Origin: Clostridia bacterium
GTDB lineage: Bacteria; Bacillota; Clostridia; Oscillospirales; CAG-272
Direction: 5' to 3'
Length of the DNA stretch: 64,000 bases
Assembly (NCBI GenBank): GCA_017456145.1
Contig: JAFTJZ010000034.1
Coordinates: forward strand, 2,412-66,411
In this document: positions 24,622 to 33,659 of the stretch, one piece after another
Numbering within the stretch: position 1 is the stretch's first letter
Layout of the letters: each line of letters begins with the position of its first letter
Translations under genes and position numbers: made by a program
Notes under the pieces: generated by a model
The model's database searches: none
What the model was told of the DNA's origin: nothing
The model's input: only the letters and a program-made list of their open reading frames with translations

Positions 24622-25749
24622 TCACAGCATCTTTTCTTCGCTCACGGTTTTGTCCGCAAGGGCATAAGGACGATATTGTGCAAGAATTGCCTGATATCGC
24701 TCGTTTTCATTATAGCAAGCAAAACAGAATGGGGGCTCCCCGAGTCGGTCCAACAGCCACTGTACACCGTTACACTTCCCACCGTCCCACGTTTTCTTCA
24801 TGTCATACGTGTAGCCACGCAGCGCTACCGAGGTGTGCGTGATTACATCGTTCGCGCACAGATCCAGTGCTCTTTGGTGTCGGAACGCCGTTTGCAGAGC
24901 CGCCAACGCATCCTCAGTCTGCCCCGCGTCGGTATAATAGCGGAACAGCGAGAGCTGAATATCAGCCATGACACTGTGGCAAATACCATGGTCAAACGCG
25001 GGATACAGGGCATCAGCAATGGCGCATGCTTGCTCCAAAATGCGGATTCTGTCTGCCGCCGACAGCGTCGCCCGATGCACAGCGATTCGACAAAGGAACC
25101 ACAAAACGTCCTCCATGCTGCGATGGATAAAGTCCGCCATGACGTGAAAATTCCTCTCGTCATCGGCAGGGTAAATGTCGCAAAGAGCAAATTCACGCGA
25201 ATCATTCAGGTCGGGCAGGCGTTCGGCTTGCGCCTTCGCCTTTTCATACTCACAAGAGCAGCTGTATAGCTCCACAAGGCTCATCACCGCATCGTAGCGA
25301 TAACGATCCACGGTACACTCCCGCATGACATAGGCGCAAAGCGACTCGATCTCCTCTTTGTTTTGTGTCACATTTTCCACATCCATCAACGCGGTAATGT
25401 ACCATGAGATCACGCCGAAGTCATATGGAAATTCCGCATATGCCGCTCTTGCCAGCGCATTTTTGGATTGGTGATCTCCGATGTGGCGATAATGCTCCAA
25501 GCGCGACAGAATTTCTTTGATTCTTTTCTCCTTGAGTGCCTCATCGCGTCCCATCAGCACATCCAGCGACACGCCAAAAAATTCTGCCAACGGGATAAGA
25601 AACATAATGTCGGGATAACCCTCGTTGCGCTCCCATTTGGATACAGATTGGGGAGAGACGCGGAGATATTCCGCCAGCTTTTCCTGCGACAAGCCGCGCG
25701 ACGTGCGCAGCTCTTTGATGTTTTTACCGAAATTCAGATTCATATTCAT
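24622..25749 (-). CDS. XRE-HTH + TPR-like repeat regulator (paralogue 3, 375 aa)
   Basis: FGKNIKELRTSRGLSQEKLAEYLRVSPQSVSKWERNEGYPD is the HTH, and the C-terminus is long helical repeats. Confidence 0.85.
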   Translation of the reverse strand: MNMNLNFGKNIKELRTSRGLSQEKLAEYLRVSPQSVSKWERNEGYPDIMFLIPLAEFFGVSLDVLMGRDEALKEKRIKEILSRLEHYRHIGDHQSKNALARAAYAEFPYDFGVISWYITALMDVENVTQNKEEIESLCAYVMRECTVDRYRYDAVMSLVELYSCSCEYEKAKAQAERLPDLNDSREFALCDIYPADDERNFHVMADFIHRSMEDVLWFLCRIAVHRATLSAADRIRILEQACAIADALYPAFDHGICHSVMADIQLSLFRYYTDAGQTEDALAALQTAFRHQRALDLCANDVITHTSVALRGYTYDMKKTWDGGKCNGVQWLLDRLGEPPFCFACYNENERYQAILAQYRPYALADKTVSEEKML

Positions 25750-25791
25750 TCACCTCAAATCAATTTTTAAGGGTGCGCATCCTTTGCCTAT

Positions 25792-25820
25792 AGTATACAG
25801 CAAAGCAGCCGCCGTGTCAA
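25792..25820 (-). promoter_or_regulatory. Promoter for HTH-TPR paralogue 3
   Basis: Reverse strand reads TTGACA, a 17-nt spacer, then TATACT. Confidence 0.6.
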
Positions 25821-26016
25821 TCACCGTGTGCGAGAAATGCCTCAACGGAAAAGCGAATGTTCACGTGGCCGTTGCAGGCTCGTTTTCAAAAAAACACTCA
25901 AGGTGTTTTCCCAAAAACACCTTGAGCTGTTTTATTCCAAGCCAACTGCTTGCCTTCGGCAACCGAAGCCCTTTGAACAAAAGACAATACAACAATCTTT
26001 CCTAAAATGATTGAAG

Positions 26017-26085
26017 GTTTTTGAAGGATCCAAGGAAACTTTTTTCAAAAAGTTTCCTTGGCGGGGCTTGGGGCAGCGCCCCAAC
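26017..26085 (-). repeat. Multi-hairpin repeat, subfamily 1, copy d
   Basis: Identical over 69 nt to copy c. It lies 17 nt 3' of the spoIVB stop. Confidence 0.85.
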
Positions 26086-26102
26086 CTCCCCCGCTCCCGT
26101 CC

Positions 26103-27173
26103 TCACCCTGCGAGGTTGTCCATCTGCTCCAGCATATTTTCAATAAAAATTCCGTACCCGCGGGCGGGGTCGGAGATCAGGACATGAGTGACGGCGCCGA
26201 TCAGCTTACCGTCTTGAATGACGGGACTGCCGCTCATGCCCTGAATGATACCGCCGGACTCTTCAAGCAGTGCGGGATCGGTGACCTGGATAGAAAAACA
26301 CTTGGAGCCTTTGGCGTCGCGGTCAATGGCAGAAAGGGTAACGGTATAGCTGCGGCGCTCGTTGGCGGAGAGCGTACACAGAATCTCCGCCTCGCCTGTG
26401 TGAACCTCGTCGCGCGTGCCGAGAGGGATCGCTTGGTTCTCGATTCCGTCGGGGATCTCGCTCAATACGCCAAAGACTCCGCAGGCACAGTTTTGCCGCA
26501 GTGTACCAATCTTTCCCGTATGAAAATAACCCTTGATCTCACCCGGATTTCCCGCCACACCGCGCTTAATCCCACTGACAGTGACCTCGACGACGTTACC
26601 ACGGCGCACAGGCATCAATTCTCCCGTATCAATATCACAGATACCATGTCCCAGCCCGCCAAAGGTGAGCGTTTCCGGGTCAATATAGGTCAGTGTTCCA
26701 ATGCCCGCACCGCTGTCGCGGACATATAGCCCCGTGCGATAAGCACCATTTTCATCGAGAACCGGGGTAAGAGTTGCGGTCATTTCGTTCTCGCCGCGCA
26801 GATACGTGACGCTTACGGGGCTGCCACCCGAGGCACTGATCTGATCCGAGAGGGCTTGTGCGCTGTCGACGGGGGCATCGTTGAGCGCGATGATGACGTC
26901 CTTGAGCTTGATTCCGGCATCTTTTGCGGGATTCTGGCTCCCGTTTTCGGTCGTTATGTCACGAAAGCCCACCACAAGTACACCCTGGGTGGTAAATTTG
27001 ACCCCAAAGGGATAACCGCCGGGAATGAGGGCGGCGGGGCGTGTATTTTTCGCAGCGGATTGTAATATAGGCTCGCCGGTCTGTGCCATTACCTGCAGCG
27101 GGCAGAACGCAGCGGTAATCAACAATGAGAGGGCGAGCGAGACCGCCGTCAAAAAGCGGAGATTTCGTTTCAT
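26103..27173 (-). CDS. spoIVB: SpoIVB peptidase (S55 family, sporulation signalling protease)
   Basis: ORF 26103..27293 trimmed to MKRNLRFLTAVSLALSLLI (signal/TM). It has a PDZ-like segment (GIKLKDVIIALND), GIGTLTYIDPETLTFGGLGHGI and the catalytic Ser context GMSGSPVIQDGKLIGAVTHV. Confidence 0.85.
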   Translation of the reverse strand: MKRNLRFLTAVSLALSLLITAAFCPLQVMAQTGEPILQSAAKNTRPAALIPGGYPFGVKFTTQGVLVVGFRDITTENGSQNPAKDAGIKLKDVIIALNDAPVDSAQALSDQISASGGSPVSVTYLRGENEMTATLTPVLDENGAYRTGLYVRDSGAGIGTLTYIDPETLTFGGLGHGICDIDTGELMPVRRGNVVEVTVSGIKRGVAGNPGEIKGYFHTGKIGTLRQNCACGVFGVLSEIPDGIENQAIPLGTRDEVHTGEAEILCTLSANERRSYTVTLSAIDRDAKGSKCFSIQVTDPALLEESGGIIQGMSGSPVIQDGKLIGAVTHVLISDPARGYGIFIENMLEQMDNLAG

Positions 27174-27362
27174 GAGAGGCACTTCCTTGTTTTGAAATTG
27201 GTTGCGATGACGCTCTACTAATTTTCCCGCAATGCGCGTTTTCATGTGTGTATGTGCGGTGGAACTTATTGCTTTTTTGCCGATGACAGACAAAATTTAT
27301 CATAAAAAACGCACATATGATAAGCTGCCCACCATCAATCGATCGTGGACAGCGAAAAATTA

Positions 27363-28745
27363 TTATACTTCATAACCAAAAACAAAAACGTCCTGATCTG
27401 TCGCACCTTGAAACGCATCAAAATCAAAAGTAAGCGATCCGTAAACGGAATATTGACTCTGATTGTTATTGAGGGCTATCACTTGTTCAGGTTCCAAAAA
27501 CGAATATAGGGAAACGATCTGATCTCCGTTCCGATTGAATATGGGTGCCGATAAGCAGCCTTTATCCAATGTGATCACACGCTCCTGCAGCGTCTCCACA
27601 TCAAATATATGATATGTGCGGTCATACTGAAACAAGGTAATCAGCTTGCTCCCGTTCGGTGCGGTCGGATCGTCCACGGAATAATATCTGCCACCCGCAA
27701 TCAGAGCAGCCACCGCCAGCCGCGGCTCGCATTCCGCAACGCAAATATATCCGCCGCTTTGCTTGATGTTATACCGAACGCTGACGTTTTGCATGATCAG
27801 CTCGGGCTTGGCAGTGGGCATATCCACCTCGATACGGTACAGATCGGCAGCATGATCTTCTCCATACCCGTACGATACATCATACAAAGGAAATCTTTGC
27901 AGCTCCTCGGGAAGAGAGACCGTGACCTTATCTGTGTCGGAATACTCCATATAATAAATATAGCCTGCGTATATCTTTCCTCTATGCTCAAGCTCCTCTA
28001 CCTTTTTTTCGGAATCTTTCATGTTCAAACGATAAATTATCGTACTGATCGTATTAAAAAACAAAGCATCCCCCTCCACATAAGCAGGAATTGCCTGCAC
28101 GGGTAAGGTACACAAATATGTCCACTGCGCGGTATTGCCATTGAGCGCATATGCTTGGATGTACGTCGTTCCGTTCTCATCACTCTCGAATACGGTGTGA
28201 TAGATGATATTGGTTTTGACGTCGAAAGCCCATGTCGTACCCGTCGGCTTGTACGGCCCGGCAAGGACCTGCATCGTTTGCGACGCGTAGTCGTAGCGAC
28301 ACATATAATAACCGCCCCACTCATATCCCTTGCGATATTCGTAGCCGGGATCCTGCGTTTCAAAATATATCACAGGGCCTTCACGACTTTCGTTCGGCGA
28401 AACCACAAAATCCATGCAGAACCGAAACGCTTGGAGCGGGCAATCGTATTCATGCTCGCAAAGCGGATCAGGGCAAAGATAGAACCGCTCACCGGTTCTT
28501 GTATCGTAGATGTTCAGGGATGTTTTTTCCAACATCATATAGCCCCAATCTGCTCTCGTAGCGTTGGAACGAATAAGCGTTTCACCCTCCCAGGGCTCTA
28601 TATATTCATATTCATTACTTTCGGTTCCCGATATATTGTTTGAGGAATCGGTGTCGCTCCTATCATCGGTTGACTGTATTGCGGTACAGCCACACAAAAG
28701 CATCACGACCAAAAGCAAGGAAATCAAACGAACAAAATACTGCAT
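27363..28745 (-). CDS. Secreted probable lipoprotein (460 aa), beta-propeller-like, AT-rich
   Basis: MQYFVRLISLLLVVMLLCGC is a signal peptide with a Cys-containing lipobox-like end. The protein is rich in Tyr/Ile/Asp strand motifs (IYYxx). The function is not recognised with certainty. Confidence 0.7.
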   Translation of the reverse strand: MQYFVRLISLLLVVMLLCGCTAIQSTDDRSDTDSSNNISGTESNEYEYIEPWEGETLIRSNATRADWGYMMLEKTSLNIYDTRTGERFYLCPDPLCEHEYDCPLQAFRFCMDFVVSPNESREGPVIYFETQDPGYEYRKGYEWGGYYMCRYDYASQTMQVLAGPYKPTGTTWAFDVKTNIIYHTVFESDENGTTYIQAYALNGNTAQWTYLCTLPVQAIPAYVEGDALFFNTISTIIYRLNMKDSEKKVEELEHRGKIYAGYIYYMEYSDTDKVTVSLPEELQRFPLYDVSYGYGEDHAADLYRIEVDMPTAKPELIMQNVSVRYNIKQSGGYICVAECEPRLAVAALIAGGRYYSVDDPTAPNGSKLITLFQYDRTYHIFDVETLQERVITLDKGCLSAPIFNRNGDQIVSLYSFLEPEQVIALNNNQSQYSVYGSLTFDFDAFQGATDQDVFVFGYEV

Positions 28746-28803
28746 ACGGTACTCTCCTTTCTAAATCCGACTCCTATCTCAGTATATATATTATGTTGGG
28801 TCT

Positions 28804-28832
28804 ATTTTACCATGAATTTGATTTGTTGTCAA
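28804..28832 (-). promoter_or_regulatory. Promoter for the 460-aa lipoprotein gene
   Basis: Reverse strand reads TTGACA, a 17-nt spacer, then TAAAAT. Confidence 0.6.
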
Positions 28833-29210
28833 TGTGTAGTATCACAAATATAAGTTTTCTCCCTTTTACACAAAACACCTCGTCCCTTTTTGTATAGATG
28901 CCACAAAATATTTAAGAAAAAGTGTCCTCTCTCACATGGTGCGAGAAATCCAAACCACATTCAGATTGTGCGAACATATCTTTCTACCGTTGATTCGCTT
29001 ATCGTTCATTCTTTGCCTCGGCAAAGGACGAACCAAATGCCCCGCCTTGACGGCTCAACGCCGTCATCGCGCAAGCGCGGAAGGCAAGGATGGGAATATG
29101 CCTTAAGGTCAGGGGCTCTCCCTTTTTTTGTGAAACGCGAGGATATTGTTAATTATTTATCTAAAGTTCCCGTTTGCGATGAATTTATTCCTTATCATTA
29201 TAAATTACAC

Positions 29211-29239
29211 TTGACTTTTTTGCAAGGGTGTGATATAAT
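29211..29239 (+). promoter_or_regulatory. Promoter of the MarR-ABC-ABC operon
   Basis: TTGACT (29211..29216), a 17-nt spacer, then TATAAT (29234..29239). Confidence 0.65.
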
Positions 29240-29254
29240 TAGTTATCTAACTAA
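29239..29254. promoter_or_regulatory. Palindromic candidate MarR operator
   Basis: TTAGTTA-TC-TAACTAA with perfect 7-bp arms. It overlaps the -10 box and the expected start site. Confidence 0.5.
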
Positions 29255-29278
29255 TTTATGCCAATCAAGGAGGATTTT

Positions 29279-29842
29279 ATGAGCGAAAAAAAACCGACAT
29301 TGCGGAGTGATGAGCACATCATTCACCTGCGCCCGCCGCGTCCGCACGAAACACCGCCGATGATCATCAACGATATTTCCCACCTGTTCCACGGCAAGAT
29401 GCGCAGTATGGAGACCGAGGGCATCATGTCTCAGCACGGAGCGCGGATGATAGCCTATGAGCTCTCTCGCCGAGAGGGGCTGCGCCAGATCGACCTGGTA
29501 CGCCTGACCCACATGAAGGCGCCGACGGTCAGCGTTATTGTCAAAAAGATGGCTGCCGAGGGACTTTTGACCCACGAGGTACAATTTTCCGATCTGCGGT
29601 CGATACGGCTGTATCTGACCGAAAAAGGGCGCGCGCTGCATGAGACGACCCGCCGCTCACTGCGCTCTACCGATGAGATCATGATGGCCGGCTTTACCGA
29701 GGAAGAGGCGCAGCAGCTCAAAGCCATGTTATGCCGTGTGCGCGACAATCTGCTCTCCGATCTGGAGAGCAACGGGCTTTTACGCCCCGCCTCCACGCTT
29801 GACGAGAAGGAAGACACCCCGAAGGAGGACGGCAAGCAGTGA
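29279..29842 (+). CDS. MarR-family transcriptional regulator
   Basis: ORF 29258..29842 trimmed to ATG 29279 (GGAGGattttATG). The winged HTH is LRQIDLVRLTHMKAPTVSVIVKKMAAEGLL...RLYLTEKG. Confidence 0.85.
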   Translation: MSEKKPTLRSDEHIIHLRPPRPHETPPMIINDISHLFHGKMRSMETEGIMSQHGARMIAYELSRREGLRQIDLVRLTHMKAPTVSVIVKKMAAEGLLTHEVQFSDLRSIRLYLTEKGRALHETTRRSLRSTDEIMMAGFTEEEAQQLKAMLCRVRDNLLSDLESNGLLRPASTLDEKEDTPKEDGKQ

Positions 29843-31662
29843 ACAGCAAAGTAAAACTAAGCAAATATCTTCGCCCCTATCTGCCCTTCGCGATCATCTC
29901 CCCTTTAATGATGATGGGCGAGGTTCTGGCAGACCTATGCCTGCCGTACCTGATGTCCTTTATTGTGGATTACGGCATTCTGGAAAACGGTCTGGTTGAA
30001 ATTCAAAGCAACGCGATCGCCTCAGGCATCATGGCGCTGCTGTTCGACGAGGGATACACACAGATGAACGTCATTGTGACCTTTGGTGTGCTGATGTTGC
30101 TGATCACTCTGGTCGGCGGTTTCTTCGGAACCTTCTGCGCCTACACTGCTGCCCGCGCGGCACAGGGCTTTGGCAACGATATTCGTGTCGACAGCTACCG
30201 CCACGTCATGTCGCTCTCGATCGAGCAGACCGACCGCTTTACCACCGGCTCGCTGATCACCCGCATGACGGGGGACATCGCGATGCTGATCGAATTTGTC
30301 GAAATGATCCTTCGTATGTTCGTCCGCGCGCCCATGTTCTTGGTGGGCGGCACCATCATGCTGCTCTCACTCAATCTGCAATTCGGCACCGTATTGCTGT
30401 GCGCGTTGCCTGTGCTGCTGATCACGCTGGGACTGGTTCTCTCCCGCGCCGTGCCGATTTTCGGCGTGGTGCAAAAAAAGCTTGACCGCGTCAATGCAGT
30501 GGTGCAGGAAAACATCGCGGGGGCTCGCGTTGTCAAGGCGTACGTTCGTGAGGAGTATGAAAACGAGCGCTTTGGACGCGCCAACGGCGATCTGCGCGAC
30601 CAGAACCTGCGGGTGCTCAAGCTCATGGCGATCATTCATCCCGTCATGAGCTTTGTGCAGAATTTCGCCGTCATTGCCATTTTTGCCATCGGCGGCATCT
30701 CGATCTCCCGGGGACTTGACGGTATGTCCATCGGTACGGTCATGGCGGGCGTCAGCTACGTCACGACGGTGCTGATGAGTGTCATGATGGTCACGATGAT
30801 GTTTCAATCCGTCTCTCGCGCCATGGCCTCGGCCAAAAGAGTGCGCGAGGTCCTTGAGAGCGATCCCGTCATTGTGGGCGGTAGCCTTACCGAGGGCGAG
30901 GGTGGCGAAAATGCCATATCGTTTTGCGATGTCGGGTTCCGTTACCCCGGCACAACGGGTAATCCCGTGCTCCAGCATATCAATCTTAACATCCGTCGCG
31001 GCGAGACGCTGGCTCTCATCGGTGCGACGGGCAGCGGCAAGACCTCTCTGGTCAACCTGATCTCTCGGTTTTATGACCCGACCGAGGGCGTAGTCACGGT
31101 AGACGGTATCGACGTGCGCGATTGGGATCTGACTGCGCTACGCAAAAAGATCGGCTTTGTTCAGCAAAAGAGCGAGCTGTTCTCGGACACCATCCGCGGC
31201 AACATCCTCTGGGGCAAGGAGGACGCGACCGACGAGGAGATCCGCGCAGCGGCGACCGTTGCACAAGCGGCCCCCTTTATCGACAGCTTTGCCGACGGAT
31301 ACGAGACCTTCATCGCCGAGAAGGGCGCCTCGCTCTCCGGCGGGCAAAAGCAGCGAATGTCCATCACCCGCGCTATGGTACGCAAGCCGGAAATTCTGAT
31401 TTTAGACGACTCGACCTCCGCGCTCGACCTCGCAACCGAGGGGCGTCTACGTGCGGGGCTGCGCGAGGCGCTCGCCGACACGACGGTGATCATGATCGCT
31501 CAGCGCATCGCCTCGGTCAAGGAAGCCGACCGCATCGCCGTCATTGAGGCTGACGGCACCATTCTCCACTGCGCGCCGCACGACGAGCTGCTGCGCATCA
31601 GTGAAACGTACCGCGATATTGTCAGCTCGCAAAGACAGAACGGAGGTGAGGCACATGAATAA
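29839..31662 (+). CDS. ABC exporter, fused permease + ATPase (multidrug/lipid exporter type), subunit A
   Basis: 607 aa. The GTG start overlaps the MarR stop. It has a TM domain, Walker A GATGSGKTS, signature LSGGQKQR and Walker B ILILDDSTS. Confidence 0.85.
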   Translation: MNSKVKLSKYLRPYLPFAIISPLMMMGEVLADLCLPYLMSFIVDYGILENGLVEIQSNAIASGIMALLFDEGYTQMNVIVTFGVLMLLITLVGGFFGTFCAYTAARAAQGFGNDIRVDSYRHVMSLSIEQTDRFTTGSLITRMTGDIAMLIEFVEMILRMFVRAPMFLVGGTIMLLSLNLQFGTVLLCALPVLLITLGLVLSRAVPIFGVVQKKLDRVNAVVQENIAGARVVKAYVREEYENERFGRANGDLRDQNLRVLKLMAIIHPVMSFVQNFAVIAIFAIGGISISRGLDGMSIGTVMAGVSYVTTVLMSVMMVTMMFQSVSRAMASAKRVREVLESDPVIVGGSLTEGEGGENAISFCDVGFRYPGTTGNPVLQHINLNIRRGETLALIGATGSGKTSLVNLISRFYDPTEGVVTVDGIDVRDWDLTALRKKIGFVQQKSELFSDTIRGNILWGKEDATDEEIRAAATVAQAAPFIDSFADGYETFIAEKGASLSGGQKQRMSITRAMVRKPEILILDDSTSALDLATEGRLRAGLREALADTTVIMIAQRIASVKEADRIAVIEADGTILHCAPHDELLRISETYRDIVSSQRQNGGEAHE

Positions 31663-33517
31663 AGCACCGCAAAGTGGCGGACGCCCCATGCCGGGCATGG
31701 GCCCCGGCGGCGGCCCCGGTGGACGCAACAACGCCCGTCTTCACGTAGAAAAGCCGAAAAATGCCAAGGCAACCATCTTCCGCCTGCTCAAGTACATCGG
31801 GCGCAACGGAAAGTTGTTTTTCCTTTTGCTGCTCTTCATGCTGATCACCACACTCACCGATCTGGCAGGTCCCATGCTGCAGCAAAGAGCAATCGCCACC
31901 TTCGCGCTGGTGGGCGACAAGCTGACCGTGGATCTGGATGCGTTGATCGGCTATCTTGCGATTATGGCAACCGCATTCACAATCAGTGCGCTGGTTTCTT
32001 TTCTGCAGGGTATTTTCTCCGCCAAGCTGTCGCAGGCCACCGTTTACACCATGCGCTGTGATCTGTTCAAAAAGATCTCCCGCCTGCCCATCAGCTACAC
32101 CGACACGCACCGTCACGGCGACCTGATGTCCCGCATGACCAACGACGTGGAGAACGTCTCCAACGCCATTTCGCAATCCATCACCGCGCTGATCTCTTGT
32201 CTGATCACGCTGGTGGGCGCCTTCATCATGATGCTCAAATACAGCTGGCAGATGACATTGATCACACTGATCACCATTCCCATTGCCATCACGGTCTCGG
32301 GAACGCTGGGAAAATTCATGCGAAAATTCTTCGTCCGCCAGCAAAAGCTGCTGGGGCAGCTCAACGGACACGTGGAAGAGATGGTAACCTCCTACAAAAC
32401 GGTCGTTTCCTACGGCAAGGAGGCAGATGCCGTAAAGGCCTTCGCCAAAACCTCGGGAGAGCTGCGACGCGCCAGTATATCTGCCCGCGTCTGGGGATCG
32501 ATCATGGGTCCCATCATGAACTTTGTGGGAAATATGCAGTACGTTGCGCTGGCCATCACGGGCGGTTATATGATCCTGACGGGCAAGGGCGGTATGTCGA
32601 TCGACAAGCTGCAGGCGATGCTGATGTATTCCAAGAAGTTTACCATGCCCATCAACCAGGTGGCCAATCAGTATTCCATCATTCTTACGGCGCTGGCAGG
32701 TGCGGAGCGCATTTTCGCCATCATGGACAGTGCCGACGAGATCGACCAAGGAGACACGGCACTGGATCACGACACCATGCAGGGCAAGATTGAATTTGAG
32801 GATCTGTGTTTCTCCTATGTTCCGGGCGAGCCAGTGCTCAAGCATCTGAACCTGTCGGTCAGCCCGGGACAGAAGGTCGCCATCGTGGGTGCGACAGGCA
32901 GCGGCAAGACGACCATCGTCAACCTGCTGACCCGATTCTACGAGCCTGACAGCGGTCGCATCACGGTAGACGGCACCGATATTCGCGACATTCCGAAGGA
33001 TTCCCTTCGCCGTGCGGTCGCCATCGTTCTGCAGGACACGGTGCTCTTCTCGGACACCATCGGGCAGAACATCAAATACGGAAATATGGATGCCGATGCT
33101 GAGGCAGTTTGCCGTGCAGCGGCACACGCCAAGGCCGACACCTTCATCGATCGTCTGCCCGAGGGCTATGAGACCATGCTTGCCGAGTCGGGCTCCAATC
33201 TCTCGCAGGGGCAGCGGCAGCTGCTCTCCATCGCCCGCGCCGTGCTCGCCGACCCGAGAATCTTGATCCTCGATGAGGCAACCTCCTCGGTCGATACACG
33301 AACCGAGATGCACATCCAGCAAGCCATGGTCAATCTCATGAAGAACCGCACCTCGCTGATCATCGCCCACCGTCTCTCCACCATTCGTGATGCCGACAAG
33401 ATCGTCGTGCTCAAGGACGGTGTCATCGCCGAAGAAGGAAACCATGAGGAGCTCCTCGCTCAAGGCGGTGAATACGCCAAGCTTTATCAAAGCCAGTTCG
33501 CCGGCGTGGCGACGTAA
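31655..33517 (+). CDS. ABC exporter, fused permease + ATPase, subunit B
   Basis: ORF 31544..33517 trimmed to ATG 31655 (GGAGGTGAGGCACATG, 8-nt overlap with subunit A). Motifs are GATGSGKTT, LSQGQRQL and ILILDEATS. The N-terminal tail is Gly/Pro-rich. Confidence 0.85.
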   Translation: MNKAPQSGGRPMPGMGPGGGPGGRNNARLHVEKPKNAKATIFRLLKYIGRNGKLFFLLLLFMLITTLTDLAGPMLQQRAIATFALVGDKLTVDLDALIGYLAIMATAFTISALVSFLQGIFSAKLSQATVYTMRCDLFKKISRLPISYTDTHRHGDLMSRMTNDVENVSNAISQSITALISCLITLVGAFIMMLKYSWQMTLITLITIPIAITVSGTLGKFMRKFFVRQQKLLGQLNGHVEEMVTSYKTVVSYGKEADAVKAFAKTSGELRRASISARVWGSIMGPIMNFVGNMQYVALAITGGYMILTGKGGMSIDKLQAMLMYSKKFTMPINQVANQYSIILTALAGAERIFAIMDSADEIDQGDTALDHDTMQGKIEFEDLCFSYVPGEPVLKHLNLSVSPGQKVAIVGATGSGKTTIVNLLTRFYEPDSGRITVDGTDIRDIPKDSLRRAVAIVLQDTVLFSDTIGQNIKYGNMDADAEAVCRAAAHAKADTFIDRLPEGYETMLAESGSNLSQGQRQLLSIARAVLADPRILILDEATSSVDTRTEMHIQQAMVNLMKNRTSLIIAHRLSTIRDADKIVVLKDGVIAEEGNHEELLAQGGEYAKLYQSQFAGVAT

Positions 33518-33537
33518 GGACGGAGGGCCTCTGTCAA

Positions 33538-33620
33538 CCAAGGAAACTTTTGAAAAAAGTTTCCTTGGTTCCTTCAAAAAAACTTCCATCAGTAAAATCG
33601 TTTCTATTGAATTAAGCCCT
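33538..33620 (+). repeat. Multi-hairpin repeat, subfamily 1, copy e (hairpin B + diverged C, no GC hairpin)
   Basis: CCAAGGAAACTTTTGAAAAAAGTTTCCTTGG (33538..33568) followed by TTCCTTCAAAAAAACTT... It begins 20 nt after the ABC stop. Confidence 0.75.
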
Positions 33621-33659
33621 TTGGAATTTCTTGAACCACCCAAGGCAGAAAGGAGTCCT

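Noticed and set aside
24574-25269. ORFs beginning inside repeat copies (24574..25269, 26058..26729, 50732..51046, 21592..21945, 23666..23863, 24320..24667)
   Set aside because: Their N-termini are translations of the palindromic repeat (…KLFSKSFLGGAWG…, …PLAAGGTG…). They then run antisense into real genes, with no SD or family signal.
24533-26085. Repeat-flanked single-gene cassette considered as an integron cassette with attC sites
   Set aside because: No IntI integrase or attI is present. The repeat ends (GTTGGGGC / GCCCCAAC) only loosely resemble the GTTRRRY / RYYYAAC cores. Cassette genes carry their own promoters and are in mixed orientations.
27174-27362. Sporulation sigma-F/G type promoter upstream of spoIVB
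   Set aside because: Only partial matches (GCATT ... GGGAAAATTA) occur, with unsatisfactory spacing. That is not enough to call a promoter.
28890-29282. 130-aa plus-strand ORF and a moderately GC-rich non-coding stretch (28900..29150)
   Set aside because: It has no SD or family signal and it overlaps the MarR promoter. I also checked by eye for SRP-RNA, RNase P or 6S-like motifs and found none convincing.
31622-33643. 673-aa minus-strand ORF
   Set aside because: It is antisense in the same codon phase to the ABC exporter gene 31655..33517, which has unambiguous Walker/signature motifs.
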